Positions 1 to 10,287 of a DNA stretch of 64,000 bases are shown here, piece by piece (the stretch's first letter is position 1; every line of letters begins with the position of its first letter). The notes beneath the pieces were generated by a model. It worked only from the letters and a program-made list of their open reading frames with translations. It did no database searches and was not told the origin of the DNA. Source of the stretch: Candidatus Cloacimonadales bacterium (lineage in GTDB: Bacteria; Cloacimonadota; Cloacimonadia; Cloacimonadales; JAIOQZ01); the NCBI GenBank assembly GCA_963662655.2, contig CAXXTU010000001.1, positions 72,083 through 136,082 on the forward strand, written 5' to 3'. A program made the position numbers and the translations under genes.

Positions 1-87
1 AAGGGCAATTTCACCCGAGGTGTTCTTCTCCGCCTTCTCTACAGATTTACCGATTCGTTCGATTTCCTCTTGCGCAAGCTTGATCAT
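1..87 (-). CDS. TPM-domain protein, 5' part only (runs off the window)
   Basis: ATG at 87 overlaps the lemA stop (ATGA). Translates MIKLAQEEIERIGKSVEKAEKNTSGEIAL; the 'AExxTSGEI' motif is typical of TPM-domain genes downstream of lemA. Confidence 0.65.
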   Translation of the reverse strand, partial: MIKLAQEEIERIGKSVEKAEKNTSGEIAL

Positions 88-716
88 TTATCCTTCGCCT
101 TGTCCATCAGTTCCTGCACGTTCGGAGCCTGATCCGCTCCTTGCTGGGCGGTGAAGTAAGGCCTCTCGTCAAAACCCATCAAGTTGGCAATGAACATCGC
201 GGGGAACTTCTTGATCGCTGTGTTGTATGCACGGGCGGTCTCGTTGAAGCGTTGACGCTCGACCGTGATCCGGTTCTCGGTTCCTTCGAGCTGACTCTGA
301 AGAGCCAGGAAATTCTCGTTCGCCTTCAGATCCGGATATCTTTCCACCACGACCATCAGCCGGGAGAGCGCACCGCCAAGAGAATTCTGCGCTTGCTGGA
401 ACTGCTGGAAAGCAGCCGGGTTGTTCAGCATGTCTTGACCGACCTGGATCGTGCCGCCAACCTTTGCGCGAGCTTCGGTAACGGCAGTCAGCGTTTCCTG
501 CTCGTGAATGGCGTATCCCTGAACGGTCGCGACAAGATTGGGAATTAAATCGAAGCGACGTTGGTAAACGTTCTCGACCTGGCTCCATTTCTCCTTAACG
601 GCTTCGTCCATCGCCACAAGCGAGTTATAGGTGTTTTTACCCCAGATAAATACGGATATTACGGCAATAAGCAGTATCGCAAAAACGATAAGACAACCAA
701 TCGCGAATTTCTTCAT
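84..716 (-). CDS. lemA: LemA family protein
   Basis: N-terminal TM helix; motifs 'WSQVENVYQRRFDLIPNLVATV', 'ERYPDLKANENF', 'LEGTENRI'. Confidence 0.95.
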   Translation of the reverse strand: MKKFAIGCLIVFAILLIAVISVFIWGKNTYNSLVAMDEAVKEKWSQVENVYQRRFDLIPNLVATVQGYAIHEQETLTAVTEARAKVGGTIQVGQDMLNNPAAFQQFQQAQNSLGGALSRLMVVVERYPDLKANENFLALQSQLEGTENRITVERQRFNETARAYNTAIKKFPAMFIANLMGFDERPYFTAQQGADQAPNVQELMDKAKDK

Positions 717-758
717 TTCTCCTCCAGCGTGATATAAAAATTGTGTATTGAAAGAATG

Positions 759-1073
759 TTATTTCTTGGGTTCACTGTTTTCAGTATCTTTGTCTTCGTT
801 CGTTTCGTTTCCACGGATGTAGGTTGTGGGTTCTTCGTTCAGATTGCTGAGCTGGCTAATGAACCGATTGAAACTCAGGTTGGCAACGCGCATGTAGATA
901 CCGAAAAGCACAAAACCAAGAACGATCGTCATCAAACTCAGGTAGAAATAGAATTCGATATCTGTATCACCGATAAATTTCATGAAAAAGAATCCGAAGC
1001 CAAGAATCCCGGCAGCCAGGAAAATATATGCAAGCACAGTAAAAATTCTGTTTACAATCGTAGGATTTACCAT
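759..1073 (-). CDS. Hypothetical membrane protein with two TM helices
   Basis: 104-aa ORF with two hydrophobic segments and a charged tail; co-oriented upstream of lemA. Confidence 0.65.
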   Translation of the reverse strand: MVNPTIVNRIFTVLAYIFLAAGILGFGFFFMKFIGDTDIEFYFYLSLMTIVLGFVLFGIYMRVANLSFNRFISQLSNLNEEPTTYIRGNETNEDKDTENSEPKK

Positions 1074-1270
1074 TTTATCCCCTTTTCGAGAAAATTCATT
1101 TTATCACAATCTATATCATGTGTCTTTTATCTTTTAAATTGTCAAGCACAAATATGAATTATCCGCGATACACAGTCTTGAAGCATCGTGCAAAATCGAA
1201 GCGGGACGATTCTCCAAAGGTTTTCCTCGACAGATTCACCGCCGGGTGATCACCTGCAACCGGAGGCGAA

Positions 1271-2149
1271 ATGAACGAGGCCGAGTTTTCCAGGTTTGTG
1301 AGCAACCACCAAGTTGTCCTTCTCGACGGGGGTTGGGGGCATCAATTGCTCCAATACGGCACTCCATGCCCCGATTACCTGAACATCGTAAATCCCGCCG
1401 CTGTAAAGAAGATTGCCGAATCATTCCTTCGAGCCGGATCGGCCATCATCGGTACGAACACCTTTGGGGCCAACAGAATTCGACTCAGTGATCTCGACTT
1501 GGATAAGCACGCAAGAGAGATCAATCGACGCGGTGCGGACATTTCCCTGAATGCAGCCGCCGGCAAAGCCCTTGTGGCGGGGACAATCGGACCGGCGGTC
1601 AGCGTGTGGAACATATCGCTCTCGAATCGGCTTTACGATTGTTTCGCCGAGCAGGCGATGTTCCTCAGCGATGCCGGCGTTGACCTCCTCTGCCTCGAGA
1701 CCATGCAGGACATCCGGCAACTGGAGATCGCACTCGTTGCCAGCTACGAGGCATGCGGATTACCGGTTCTGTGCAGCGTTTCCCCTCCTCGCGGCGAGCG
1801 GGAATCTCGATCCGGGCTTGTCATCGCTTGTTGCGAATTCGCCGTCCGTCACTGCGTAGTAGCTTTTGGCGTCAATTGCGGTGAAAGCGCGGACGACCTC
1901 CTCCCTTTCATCGAGCCACTCCGCAGCGTTTTCCCGGAAACGCCCATCCTTTTCAAGCCCAGCGCCGGTGTTCCCGAAAAGATCGACGGTCAATGGCGTT
2001 ATCCGATCAAGCCGGAGCCGTTCGCGCAGTACATCCGGGAAGCCGTAAACGCCGGAGCGAAACTCGTGGGTGGTTGCTGCGGAACGGATGCCTCCTACAT
2101 TGAAGAGACACGCACAATATTGAATGATATAAACCCGGAGGAGTCATGA
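1271..2149 (+). CDS. Homocysteine S-methyltransferase family protein (stand-alone Hcy-binding domain)
   Basis: 'LLDGGWG', 'TNTFGAN', and Zn-ligand motifs 'GVNCG' and 'GGCCGT'; RBS GGAGG upstream. Confidence 0.85.
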   Translation: MNEAEFSRFVSNHQVVLLDGGWGHQLLQYGTPCPDYLNIVNPAAVKKIAESFLRAGSAIIGTNTFGANRIRLSDLDLDKHAREINRRGADISLNAAAGKALVAGTIGPAVSVWNISLSNRLYDCFAEQAMFLSDAGVDLLCLETMQDIRQLEIALVASYEACGLPVLCSVSPPRGERESRSGLVIACCEFAVRHCVVAFGVNCGESADDLLPFIEPLRSVFPETPILFKPSAGVPEKIDGQWRYPIKPEPFAQYIREAVNAGAKLVGGCCGTDASYIEETRTILNDINPEES

Positions 2150-2595
2150 ACATCGAGAACATTCAGGAACTCACATCGCTATTGCAATCGTCCATCGCAC
2201 CGGTCGTGCTGATATCGGGAATCGGCCTGCTGCTACTCTCCATGACAAATCGGATCGGGCGCGTGATCGACCGGGTCCGGCAGCTCACGGACGAAAAAAA
2301 AATTGTCTCGCCGGAAGTTGAACGCTTCACAAACAAGCAGGTGAACAACCTCTATCACAGGGCGAGAAACCTGCGCCTCTCCATCATTCTTGCGATCGGA
2401 TCGGTGCTGATGGCTTCGCTTATCATCATTACGCTTTTCATCCTGCAATTGATGAGGATCGATCTCACCATCGTCATCGTGATGGAGTTCGTGCTTTGCC
2501 TGGTATTCCTGATCCTTGCGCTACTGTTGTACATCAAGGACATCAGCCTGACCCTGAAAGCCCTGGACTACAAAATGGAGCAGGACGGGAAATAG
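2146..2595 (+). CDS. DUF2721-like membrane protein
   Basis: 'IAPVVLISGIGLLLLSMTNRIGRVIDRVR' and three TM helices; ATGA overlap with the upstream gene. Confidence 0.75.
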   Translation: MNIENIQELTSLLQSSIAPVVLISGIGLLLLSMTNRIGRVIDRVRQLTDEKKIVSPEVERFTNKQVNNLYHRARNLRLSIILAIGSVLMASLIIITLFILQLMRIDLTIVIVMEFVLCLVFLILALLLYIKDISLTLKALDYKMEQDGK

Positions 2596-2609
2596 TCGAC
2601 AGCCGATAA

Positions 2610-3122
2610 TCAGAGATACTCCACTAGCTCCGCAAGAGGCTTTCTCTTCAGGTGGCGCTCCGGAACTTCGTCCTTTTTGGGGTAACCCACGGGCAGGATC
2701 ACCACGGGCTCGATTCCTTCCGGAAGTTTCAGCGACTGGCTCAGCATGAAGGAATCGAAGTAACCGACCCAGCATGTTCCCAGCCCCATTTCCGTGGCGG
2801 CGAGCGTCATGTGATCCACGGCAATCGCAGCGTCCACATCGCCGTAGCTCTTGCCGTCCGGACGACGCCACGCCTGCGAGTGATCGACGCATATCACGAT
2901 GAACACCGGGACTTCCTCCGCCCACTTGCGCGGGTATGCCCTGACGACATGTTCTTTCGCCTCGGGTGATTCGACCACCAGGAACTTGAACGGTTGAAGG
3001 TTCTTCGCTGTCGGCGCAAGGCGTGCCGCTTCCAGTATCTTCTCGATTTTATCCTTCTCCACCGTACGATCCGAATAGCTCCGAACGGAGTAACGGTTTT
3101 TGACTAACTCGATGAATTCCAT
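2610..3122 (-). CDS. Nitroreductase family protein
   Basis: 'RYSVRSY', 'ARLAPTAKNLQP', 'LAATEMGLGTCWVG'. Confidence 0.9.
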   Translation of the reverse strand: MEFIELVKNRYSVRSYSDRTVEKDKIEKILEAARLAPTAKNLQPFKFLVVESPEAKEHVVRAYPRKWAEEVPVFIVICVDHSQAWRRPDGKSYGDVDAAIAVDHMTLAATEMGLGTCWVGYFDSFMLSQSLKLPEGIEPVVILPVGYPKKDEVPERHLKRKPLAELVEYL

Positions 3123-3234
3123 AGCTTTTCTCCTTTTCTTCGCAGATTATCGCAAACCGGGGAATCGTCAACTGAAAAGTGATCGCTCGTTGGAAGCCAC
3201 GCACGGAGAAATTCCTTGCCGGTTAAAATACTGG

Positions 3235-3284
3235 TTGACAAATGGAGCGAATCGCACGATATTGAGAATGATATTCAGTCTCAA
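3235..3284 (+). promoter_or_regulatory. Putative sigma70 promoter with a Fur-like operator upstream of feoB
   Basis: TTGACA at 3235-3240; imperfect palindrome TTGAGAATGATATTCAGTCTCAA at 3262-3284 beside the -10/start region of an iron-uptake gene. Confidence 0.55.
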
Positions 3285-3298
3285 AAATGGGAGTCGAA

Positions 3299-5557
3299 AT
3301 GGATCAGGTTACAATCGCTCTGGCCGGAAACCCGAACTCGGGCAAGACAACGCTTTTCAACGCACTTACGGGCGCAAAGCAGCGCATCGGTAACTGGCCG
3401 GGCGTTACGGTCGAGCACAAGGAAGGCTCTTACCAGGATGGCGATACTCGCATCAACGTGATCGATCTCCCGGGGATTTATTCCTTCTCCGCGTGGTCGG
3501 TCGATGAGAAAGTCTCCCGCGAGTATATCCTCTACCAGAAACCGGACGTGGTCGTCAACATCATCGACGCCTCCAACCTGGAGCGGAATCTATACCTGAC
3601 CACCCAGCTTCTGGAGATTCAGGCCCCTATCGTGGTCGCGCTGAACATGATCGACGTCGTTCAGAAGCAGAAGATTCGCATCGAGATCGAGCACCTTGAG
3701 CGCCACCTCGGCTGCCCGGTGATTCCGATGGTCGCAAGCCGCAAAGAGGGCCTGGACGAGCTGAAGAAGAAGGTTCTCGAAATCGCCGATTCACGCCGGG
3801 TATCCCCCACACGGGTCGCTTACGACTCCGTGGTCGAGACATCCCTGAAAGAATTGCGGCCCAAACTGGAATCGATTGCTGCCGACAAGAAAGTGGATTC
3901 TCGCTGGCTGGCAATCAAGCTCCTGGAGAACGACCCCATCGGCGCTGAGATCACCCAAGATCAATTCAAGGAAGAAGTCGCGAAACACGCGTCGAAGATC
4001 GAGAAGCATGTCGGCGATTCGATTGAAATTGTCGTAGCCGATGGTCGGTACGGGTTCATTCATGGCCTGGTCAAGGATGTGACGCATCGCGATTTCGAGT
4101 TCCGCAAGACGGTCTCCGACAGCATCGACCGCGTGGTGCTGAACCGTATTCTCGGGATTCCGATCTTCCTCGCGGTCATGTACCTGCTCTTCTTTTTGAC
4201 GATCAACCTTGGCAATCCATTCATCTTTTTCTTCGACAGGCTTTTCGGAGCAATCTTTGTAGACGGATTCGGATCAGTTCTGCAATCGATCGGCTCTCCG
4301 GGATGGTTGAACCTCTTTCTGGCTAAAGGACTCGGGGAAGGCATCCGCGTGGTTTCGACCTTCATCCCCCCCATTTTCTTCATCTTCCTTTTCCTCTCGT
4401 TTCTGGAGGACTCCGGCTACATGGCGCGCGCTGCGTTCGTCATGGATCGCTTCATGCTCGTGATCGGCTTACCCGGAAAGGCGTTCATCCCGATGCTGAT
4501 CGGCTTCGGCTGCAACGTCCCAGCAATCATGGCAACGCGCACGCTGGAGAACCACCGCGACCGCATTCTCACCATACTCGTGAATCCCCTGATGTCCTGC
4601 GGTGCGAGGATTCCCGTGTACGTGCTCTTCGCGACGATCTTTTTCCCACAGCGAGGCGGAACGGTGATCTTCGGACTTTACATGACAGGCATCCTGCTGG
4701 CGATCGTCTCCGGCCTGATCTTCAAGCGAACCCTCCTGCAGGGCGAGACATCGACCTTCGTCATGGAGCTGCCCTCGTACCATATCCCCACGTTCAACGG
4801 CGTGATGCTGCATACGTGGATCCGGCTCAAATCGTTCATTTTCCGCGCCGGAAGGCTGATCATGTTTTTCATCATCCTGTTGAGCATCCTGGGGTCTCTC
4901 GGCACCGACGGTACCATCCACGAGGATTTCTCCGACAACTCCGTGCTTTCGGCGATCGGGAAATTCATCTCGCCGGTTTTTCGTCCCATGGGTATCGAGA
5001 AGGACAACTGGGAAGCGGCGGTCGGTCTCTTCACCGGCATTTTTTCCAAAGAAGCGGTTGTGGGCACGTTGAATGCGCTCTACGCCCGTGTGGATACCGC
5101 TCAGCAAGAAGCTTCCTTCAATTTCTGGCAGGAGGTGAGCGCATCGTTCCGACAGCTTCCCCTTGACCTCGGCGACGCCTTGAGAAGCTTTACGGATCCA
5201 CTGGGTATATCCTCCGAGCTCGAGGAGACCGAGACCGACTCCTCCATCAGCGAGGTTTTCCACCGCAAGTTCACGTCCATCGCGTCTGTTATCGCGTACC
5301 TTCTGTTCATCCTGATCTACACGCCATGTATCGCTGCAATCGCGGCCACCTACCGTGAAACGAACGCCGGATGGGCCATTTTCTCCGTGGTTTACCTCAC
5401 CGGCCTGGCCTGGCTTATCGCGACGATATTCTTCCAGATTTCCACCTTCCCGTTGCATCCCGAAAGCTCGGCGATCTGGCTCGCGGGTTGTCTCGCCACA
5501 GTCGGCCTTTTCTTCGGAGCAATCCGCTTTTGGGGTAAAACGCATCCCATCGAGTAG
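3299..5557 (+). CDS. feoB: Ferrous iron transport protein B
   Basis: G1 'GNPNSGKT', 'GNWPGVTVE', 'DLPGIYS', 'LEDSGYMARAAF', 'GFGCNVPA', 'FVMELP'. Start placed at ATG 3299 after GGGAG (ORF track starts at 3287). Confidence 0.95.
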   Translation: MDQVTIALAGNPNSGKTTLFNALTGAKQRIGNWPGVTVEHKEGSYQDGDTRINVIDLPGIYSFSAWSVDEKVSREYILYQKPDVVVNIIDASNLERNLYLTTQLLEIQAPIVVALNMIDVVQKQKIRIEIEHLERHLGCPVIPMVASRKEGLDELKKKVLEIADSRRVSPTRVAYDSVVETSLKELRPKLESIAADKKVDSRWLAIKLLENDPIGAEITQDQFKEEVAKHASKIEKHVGDSIEIVVADGRYGFIHGLVKDVTHRDFEFRKTVSDSIDRVVLNRILGIPIFLAVMYLLFFLTINLGNPFIFFFDRLFGAIFVDGFGSVLQSIGSPGWLNLFLAKGLGEGIRVVSTFIPPIFFIFLFLSFLEDSGYMARAAFVMDRFMLVIGLPGKAFIPMLIGFGCNVPAIMATRTLENHRDRILTILVNPLMSCGARIPVYVLFATIFFPQRGGTVIFGLYMTGILLAIVSGLIFKRTLLQGETSTFVMELPSYHIPTFNGVMLHTWIRLKSFIFRAGRLIMFFIILLSILGSLGTDGTIHEDFSDNSVLSAIGKFISPVFRPMGIEKDNWEAAVGLFTGIFSKEAVVGTLNALYARVDTAQQEASFNFWQEVSASFRQLPLDLGDALRSFTDPLGISSELEETETDSSISEVFHRKFTSIASVIAYLLFILIYTPCIAAIAATYRETNAGWAIFSVVYLTGLAWLIATIFFQISTFPLHPESSAIWLAGCLATVGLFFGAIRFWGKTHPIE

Positions 5558-5717
5558 CGTCGCAAAACCGTACGATTTCGTTCACCCCCTCTTTAAAATC
5601 GGAAACGAACAGCACCCTTTTTTGCGAATTGCTTGACGTTAACCGCCTTTTCGTAATGGTATTGGTTTTGCTTGTATTCAAAGAAAAACGCTTCAAAATA
5701 AATTCAATGGAGATGCG

Positions 5718-8117
5718 ATGTCATTTTTCAGATTAAAACTCATTTTGCGCGGTTACATGCGCCATCGGTTGCTGTTCGTCCTCAATCTTTCGAGCCTGGT
5801 TATCGGGCTTGTCGTATGCTTCCTCATCGGCGCTTTTATCGCCTTCGAGCTCAGCTTCGATAGAGAAGTCCCCGACTACGAGAGAATTTATCGAATCAGC
5901 ATCCACGGCAAAATATCGAGCCTGCCCATCCATTACGCGGTTACCATGCCTCCCCTTACCGAGAAGCTGAAACAGACCTATCCTGAGGTAGAATCGACAA
6001 CGGCCTTGGCGCTCGTGAACAGCTTCAACGAAGTACAGGTCGGGGACAAGCACTACAGCATGAAAAACCTCTATCAGGTAACCCCGGGATTCTTCGATGT
6101 CTTCGGTGTGAAAGTTCTTGCCGGAGACGACCAGAACCTGCTTGCGGAGCCCGGAAAGATCGTTCTGACACAAGCAGCGGCTGAAATGCTTTATGGCAAA
6201 GACGATCCGATAGGTAAAAGCCTGAAGATTAACAATCAAACAGATTATACGATAGCAGCGGTTATCGAGAACCCGGACGAAAACATGCATTTCACGTACG
6301 ATTGCCTGATCCGCTCCGAAGAAGTGGAAGTGGATAACCCTGCTTACTGGGGAAATTTCAGCAGCTATACGTACGTTAAACTCCGGGAAGGAACCGATCC
6401 GCAGAAATTCGAGGAAAGCATCCGTATGCTCGCCATGGATCAGATGCACATGAAGCCAGGCGATCAGGGAATGGAGTTCAACCTGGCGCTCCAGCCGATC
6501 TCCGACATCCACCTTCGCTCCAAGCTCGAATACGACATGGCCTTTACCGGAAACATCCACTACATTTATCTCTTCGTCGCGATCGGTGTTTTCATTCTGG
6601 CGCTTGCCTGCATCAATTTCGCCATGCTTATTACGGCGAACGCGTCGATACGCAGTCGCGAGATCGGCGTTTCCAAGGTTTACGGAGCGTCACGCGGAGC
6701 TCTGATCAAGCAATTCTTGCAGGAATCGCTCTTGCTGGCTGTTATCGCGTCGATCCTTTCGGTGATTATCATCTCGATCATCAAACCCTATTTTATGGAA
6801 CTCACCGGTCATGAGCACATGTTCGATAAAGCGCTCAACTGGAAGATGGTCTCTGGCAGTATGTTATTCGTTCTCGTAACGGGATTCTTCGCGGGGATTT
6901 ACCCGGCGCTGTATCTTTCGAGCGTGGAAACGATCCCCATCCTGAAAGGCTTCATCACGGGCGGTAAAGGTTCGGGAAGATTCCGTAACTTGCTTACGTT
7001 ATTTCAGTTTGCCATCTCCATCGCGTTGATCTGCGGTACCCTCACCATTTACAACCAGTTGCGCTACATACGGAACTCGGACCTCGGTTTCGACAAAGAG
7101 AACAAGCTCTACGCGCTGATCATGGGGGAAAATGTCGAGGAACGCAGCGAGCGTATCAAGGAGGAGTTCAGCAAAATCATGGGCGTTAACAATGTAAGCA
7201 TCTCAACCGGATTCCCCGGCGCCGGCGCGTGCTCGGGAAACGGCATGACGCCCGAAGGGGAAGCCAGCGATACCATCGTCCTCGTGAAATGGTTCAACAC
7301 GGACCCGGATTTCCTCTATACATATAATATCAGAATGACCCAAGGCGACACCATTCACGTGGATCAATACCCGAGCAACAAGTACATTCTGGTGAACGAG
7401 ACGCTCGCCAGAGGATTTGGTTGGGACGATCCGCTGGGCAAGAAAATATTCGATATGAGCCGGGCCAATAACGACGGCACCCATCTGGAATATACGGTTG
7501 TCGGCGTGTTCAAGGACTTTCATGTACGTTCGTTCCGGGAATCGATCGAACCCATGATTATCTTCATGAGGGGTGGCCCCAAGCCGATCATCAATATATC
7601 GATCGAAGGCCAGAACCGCAAAGAAACCGTGGCCCGTCTCGAAGAGAAGTGGAAAGAACTCGAACCAGGATTGCCCTTCAACTACCGTTTTGTGGACGAG
7701 CATTTCACCCAGTTGCACGAGTACGAATTGCGCCTCGGCAAAATCTTCTCATGGTTCTCGGGACTGGCGATCGTCATCGCATGCTTGGGTCTTTTCGGTC
7801 TGGCCTCGTTCACGCTCAAGCGAAGGATCAAGGAAATCGGCATTCGCAAAGTGCTCGGATCGACCAACGCCGAACTCGGTTTCATCCTCGCGCGCGATTT
7901 CGTGAAGTGGGTGCTTCTGGCGAACATCATTGCCCTGCCAGTGGCCTGGTACGCGATCCGCAAGTGGATCGTCTCGTTCAGTTTTCATGCATCCGTTTCG
8001 CCGTGGATATTTATTTTCTCGGGAGTTATTGTTATTTTTATTGCGGTAATTACGGTTTTATATCATACTGTCAAGGCTTCACGCATGAATCCTGCGGAAG
8101 CGCTCAAGTACGAATAA
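5718..8117 (+). CDS. ABC transporter permease, FtsX/MacB-PCD type (duplicated architecture)
   Basis: 799 aa; 'LACINF', 'RSREIGVSKVYGAS', 'LGLFGLASF...KEIGIRKVLGS', C-terminal 'NPAEALKYE'. Confidence 0.9.
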   Translation: MSFFRLKLILRGYMRHRLLFVLNLSSLVIGLVVCFLIGAFIAFELSFDREVPDYERIYRISIHGKISSLPIHYAVTMPPLTEKLKQTYPEVESTTALALVNSFNEVQVGDKHYSMKNLYQVTPGFFDVFGVKVLAGDDQNLLAEPGKIVLTQAAAEMLYGKDDPIGKSLKINNQTDYTIAAVIENPDENMHFTYDCLIRSEEVEVDNPAYWGNFSSYTYVKLREGTDPQKFEESIRMLAMDQMHMKPGDQGMEFNLALQPISDIHLRSKLEYDMAFTGNIHYIYLFVAIGVFILALACINFAMLITANASIRSREIGVSKVYGASRGALIKQFLQESLLLAVIASILSVIIISIIKPYFMELTGHEHMFDKALNWKMVSGSMLFVLVTGFFAGIYPALYLSSVETIPILKGFITGGKGSGRFRNLLTLFQFAISIALICGTLTIYNQLRYIRNSDLGFDKENKLYALIMGENVEERSERIKEEFSKIMGVNNVSISTGFPGAGACSGNGMTPEGEASDTIVLVKWFNTDPDFLYTYNIRMTQGDTIHVDQYPSNKYILVNETLARGFGWDDPLGKKIFDMSRANNDGTHLEYTVVGVFKDFHVRSFRESIEPMIIFMRGGPKPIINISIEGQNRKETVARLEEKWKELEPGLPFNYRFVDEHFTQLHEYELRLGKIFSWFSGLAIVIACLGLFGLASFTLKRRIKEIGIRKVLGSTNAELGFILARDFVKWVLLANIIALPVAWYAIRKWIVSFSFHASVSPWIFIFSGVIVIFIAVITVLYHTVKASRMNPAEALKYE

Positions 8118-8130
8118 CGGAGAATCCGAT

Positions 8131-10071
8131 ATGCGTGATATCCTTTTACTTGCTCTACTGTTCGGCAGTTCGCTGCTGTTTGCATACGATGAATCATACA
8201 TTGATTCGACCAACAGGCCGCAAGACGATTTCTATAACTTCGCGAACGGCTACTGGATCAAGACAAACGTACTACCCCGCGGAGTCTCCCGTTACAACCA
8301 GATGAGCGAACTGGACAATCTCATGCTCCACAAAGTTTCTGAAAGCCTGGGGGAACGGCCCGACGGTCCCGTTGGCCGCATCGAGGAAACGCTGAGACTT
8401 TATTACTACGCCGGGATAAATGAATACGCCAATCTCGACAGAGAAAGGGAAGTTCTCCTGGAGCAAATTGCCAGAATCGAGTCTGCGGTCTCCGAAGACA
8501 AGATCATGGAAGCAATTGCCATGCTCCACTCGCTGGGCGTGGATCCACTTTTCCGTATCCACGATCCGGAAAAGTGGCAGGTTCCCGAAGAGCATTTGCT
8601 GGTTCTGTGCCAGCCGTATGTGAATGTGTCCAATGGCGCTAACGAGCACTACAAGAGTTTTCTTCGCGATCTCTTCGTACTGACCGGGCAATCCGCCGAC
8701 GAGGCACAAACCAGCGCCGAAACGGCCATCAGGCTGGAAAGCGAGATTGATTTGCTCCTGATGCCGCAGCCCGATTCCCCGTGGGACCTCTACAACAAGA
8801 AGTCCGTGTCGAGCGTATCCAAGTGGTTCAAACCGCTGGATTTCGGCATCTGGATGAAAGCGCTGTCCGTCAGCACGGATCACAAAATCGTAATCGATCA
8901 TCCCGAGTATTTCCAGCAGCTCGGTTCATGGCTGCAAAAGGTTGATCGACCGGAGCTCGCGACCTACATGATCTCACGCCTTCTTACCGTATATTGCCGC
9001 TACATGCACGGTGACTTCAAGGACGCGAGAAAGGTATTCTACTGGAATCAATACGGATTGCAACTGACGGATTCCGTCACCGAACAAATGACCCGTGATT
9101 TGCCCGAATACTTGAACGAGTACGACCTCCATGAATTCGTAACGCAGGATGTGAACGAACAGCTCGCCTCAATGGTCGAGAACATCCGCACTGCCTGGCT
9201 GAAACGCATCGTGGCCAACGACTGGATGGGGTCATCGGAAAAGAAGCGTGCACTCGAAAAAATCACCGCGATGGAGTTCGTCATCGGGGGGAAATCGAAC
9301 CCCGATCTGCTGATTCAAGAGACGCTTTCGAGGCAACTCACGCGTGAGATGACATTCATCGAGATCGCGATGAAAGTTCGCAACTGGCGCACAACGCAGG
9401 CGATCGCCCGAATCGGGAGCATGTGGGACGCGAATCGTCCTGAATGGTGGGCCTTCTCACTGACCTGCCATTACCGGCTGGACGAGAACATCGTCGAAAT
9501 CGGCGGCGGGAATTTTCTACTATCAGCATTCGATCCGAACGGTGATATCGCTGCCAACTACGGCAACATCGGAACCCGCATAGCTCATGAAATGACGCAT
9601 GCAATCGACAGTCAGGGACGCTTGTATGATGCGAATGGAAAACGCTTGGGATGGATGAGCAAATGGATGCTGACCTCGAAATTCGCGAAACGCTCGCAAG
9701 CGCTAATCGACCAATACAACCACTTCAAGGCCTTCGAGGACTGCGCGGTGGACGGCTCTGCGACGCTCATGGAGAATCTCGCGGACCTTGGCGGTGTGCT
9801 GACGGCTTTCGACGCCATGCACATCGAGCTCGGTGGGCAGGCGAAACACGACGCCGGGATCGACCGCGATTTCTTCATCACCTATGCCCAGAGCTGGCGG
9901 GAATTGATAACGGACGATGCGCAGCGAAATCAGTGTAAGGGGCCTCACGCTCCAACACGGTTCAGGGCGTACGGACCGCTGCAGAACGTGGACAGGTTCT
10001 ACGAGGTCTTCGATATCCAGCCCGACGATCCGATGTTCCTCGAACCGGAGAAACGGGCGAGTATCTGGTAA
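8131..10071 (+). CDS. M13 (neprilysin/PepO-like) metallopeptidase, secreted
   Basis: Signal peptide; 'PQDDFYNFANGYW', zinc motif 'HEMTH', 'ENLADLGG', 'HAPTRFR'. Confidence 0.9.
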   Translation: MRDILLLALLFGSSLLFAYDESYIDSTNRPQDDFYNFANGYWIKTNVLPRGVSRYNQMSELDNLMLHKVSESLGERPDGPVGRIEETLRLYYYAGINEYANLDREREVLLEQIARIESAVSEDKIMEAIAMLHSLGVDPLFRIHDPEKWQVPEEHLLVLCQPYVNVSNGANEHYKSFLRDLFVLTGQSADEAQTSAETAIRLESEIDLLLMPQPDSPWDLYNKKSVSSVSKWFKPLDFGIWMKALSVSTDHKIVIDHPEYFQQLGSWLQKVDRPELATYMISRLLTVYCRYMHGDFKDARKVFYWNQYGLQLTDSVTEQMTRDLPEYLNEYDLHEFVTQDVNEQLASMVENIRTAWLKRIVANDWMGSSEKKRALEKITAMEFVIGGKSNPDLLIQETLSRQLTREMTFIEIAMKVRNWRTTQAIARIGSMWDANRPEWWAFSLTCHYRLDENIVEIGGGNFLLSAFDPNGDIAANYGNIGTRIAHEMTHAIDSQGRLYDANGKRLGWMSKWMLTSKFAKRSQALIDQYNHFKAFEDCAVDGSATLMENLADLGGVLTAFDAMHIELGGQAKHDAGIDRDFFITYAQSWRELITDDAQRNQCKGPHAPTRFRAYGPLQNVDRFYEVFDIQPDDPMFLEPEKRASIW

Positions 10072-10116
10072 TCTGCATTTTTTTCAATCTTTACGGGTTT
10101 ATCCGATTCCAACCCG

Positions 10117-10158
10117 TGTCATGCTGAGTGATCCCGATTTACCGGGATTGTATCGAAG
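10117..10158. repeat. REP-like short palindromic element
   Basis: TGTCATGCTGAG...TCGAAG frame with an internal TCCCG/CGGGA hairpin; resembles the TGTCACTCTGAGCGGAGTCGAAG units near 53434. Confidence 0.4.
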
Positions 10159-10287
10159 GACGACAGAGGGGACACTGCCTGATTACTGTATTTGATTACG
10201 AACCGATAAGAACGCCTCCCGATTGACAAATTCCTTGACGATCGTCTTCCCTCTTGTTTTTTTTCAGCAAACTGTAGGAGCAATCGG

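Noticed and set aside
52..63. GATTCGTTCGAT resembling Family H box 1
   Set aside because: It lies inside a coding region and has no partner arm; probably chance.
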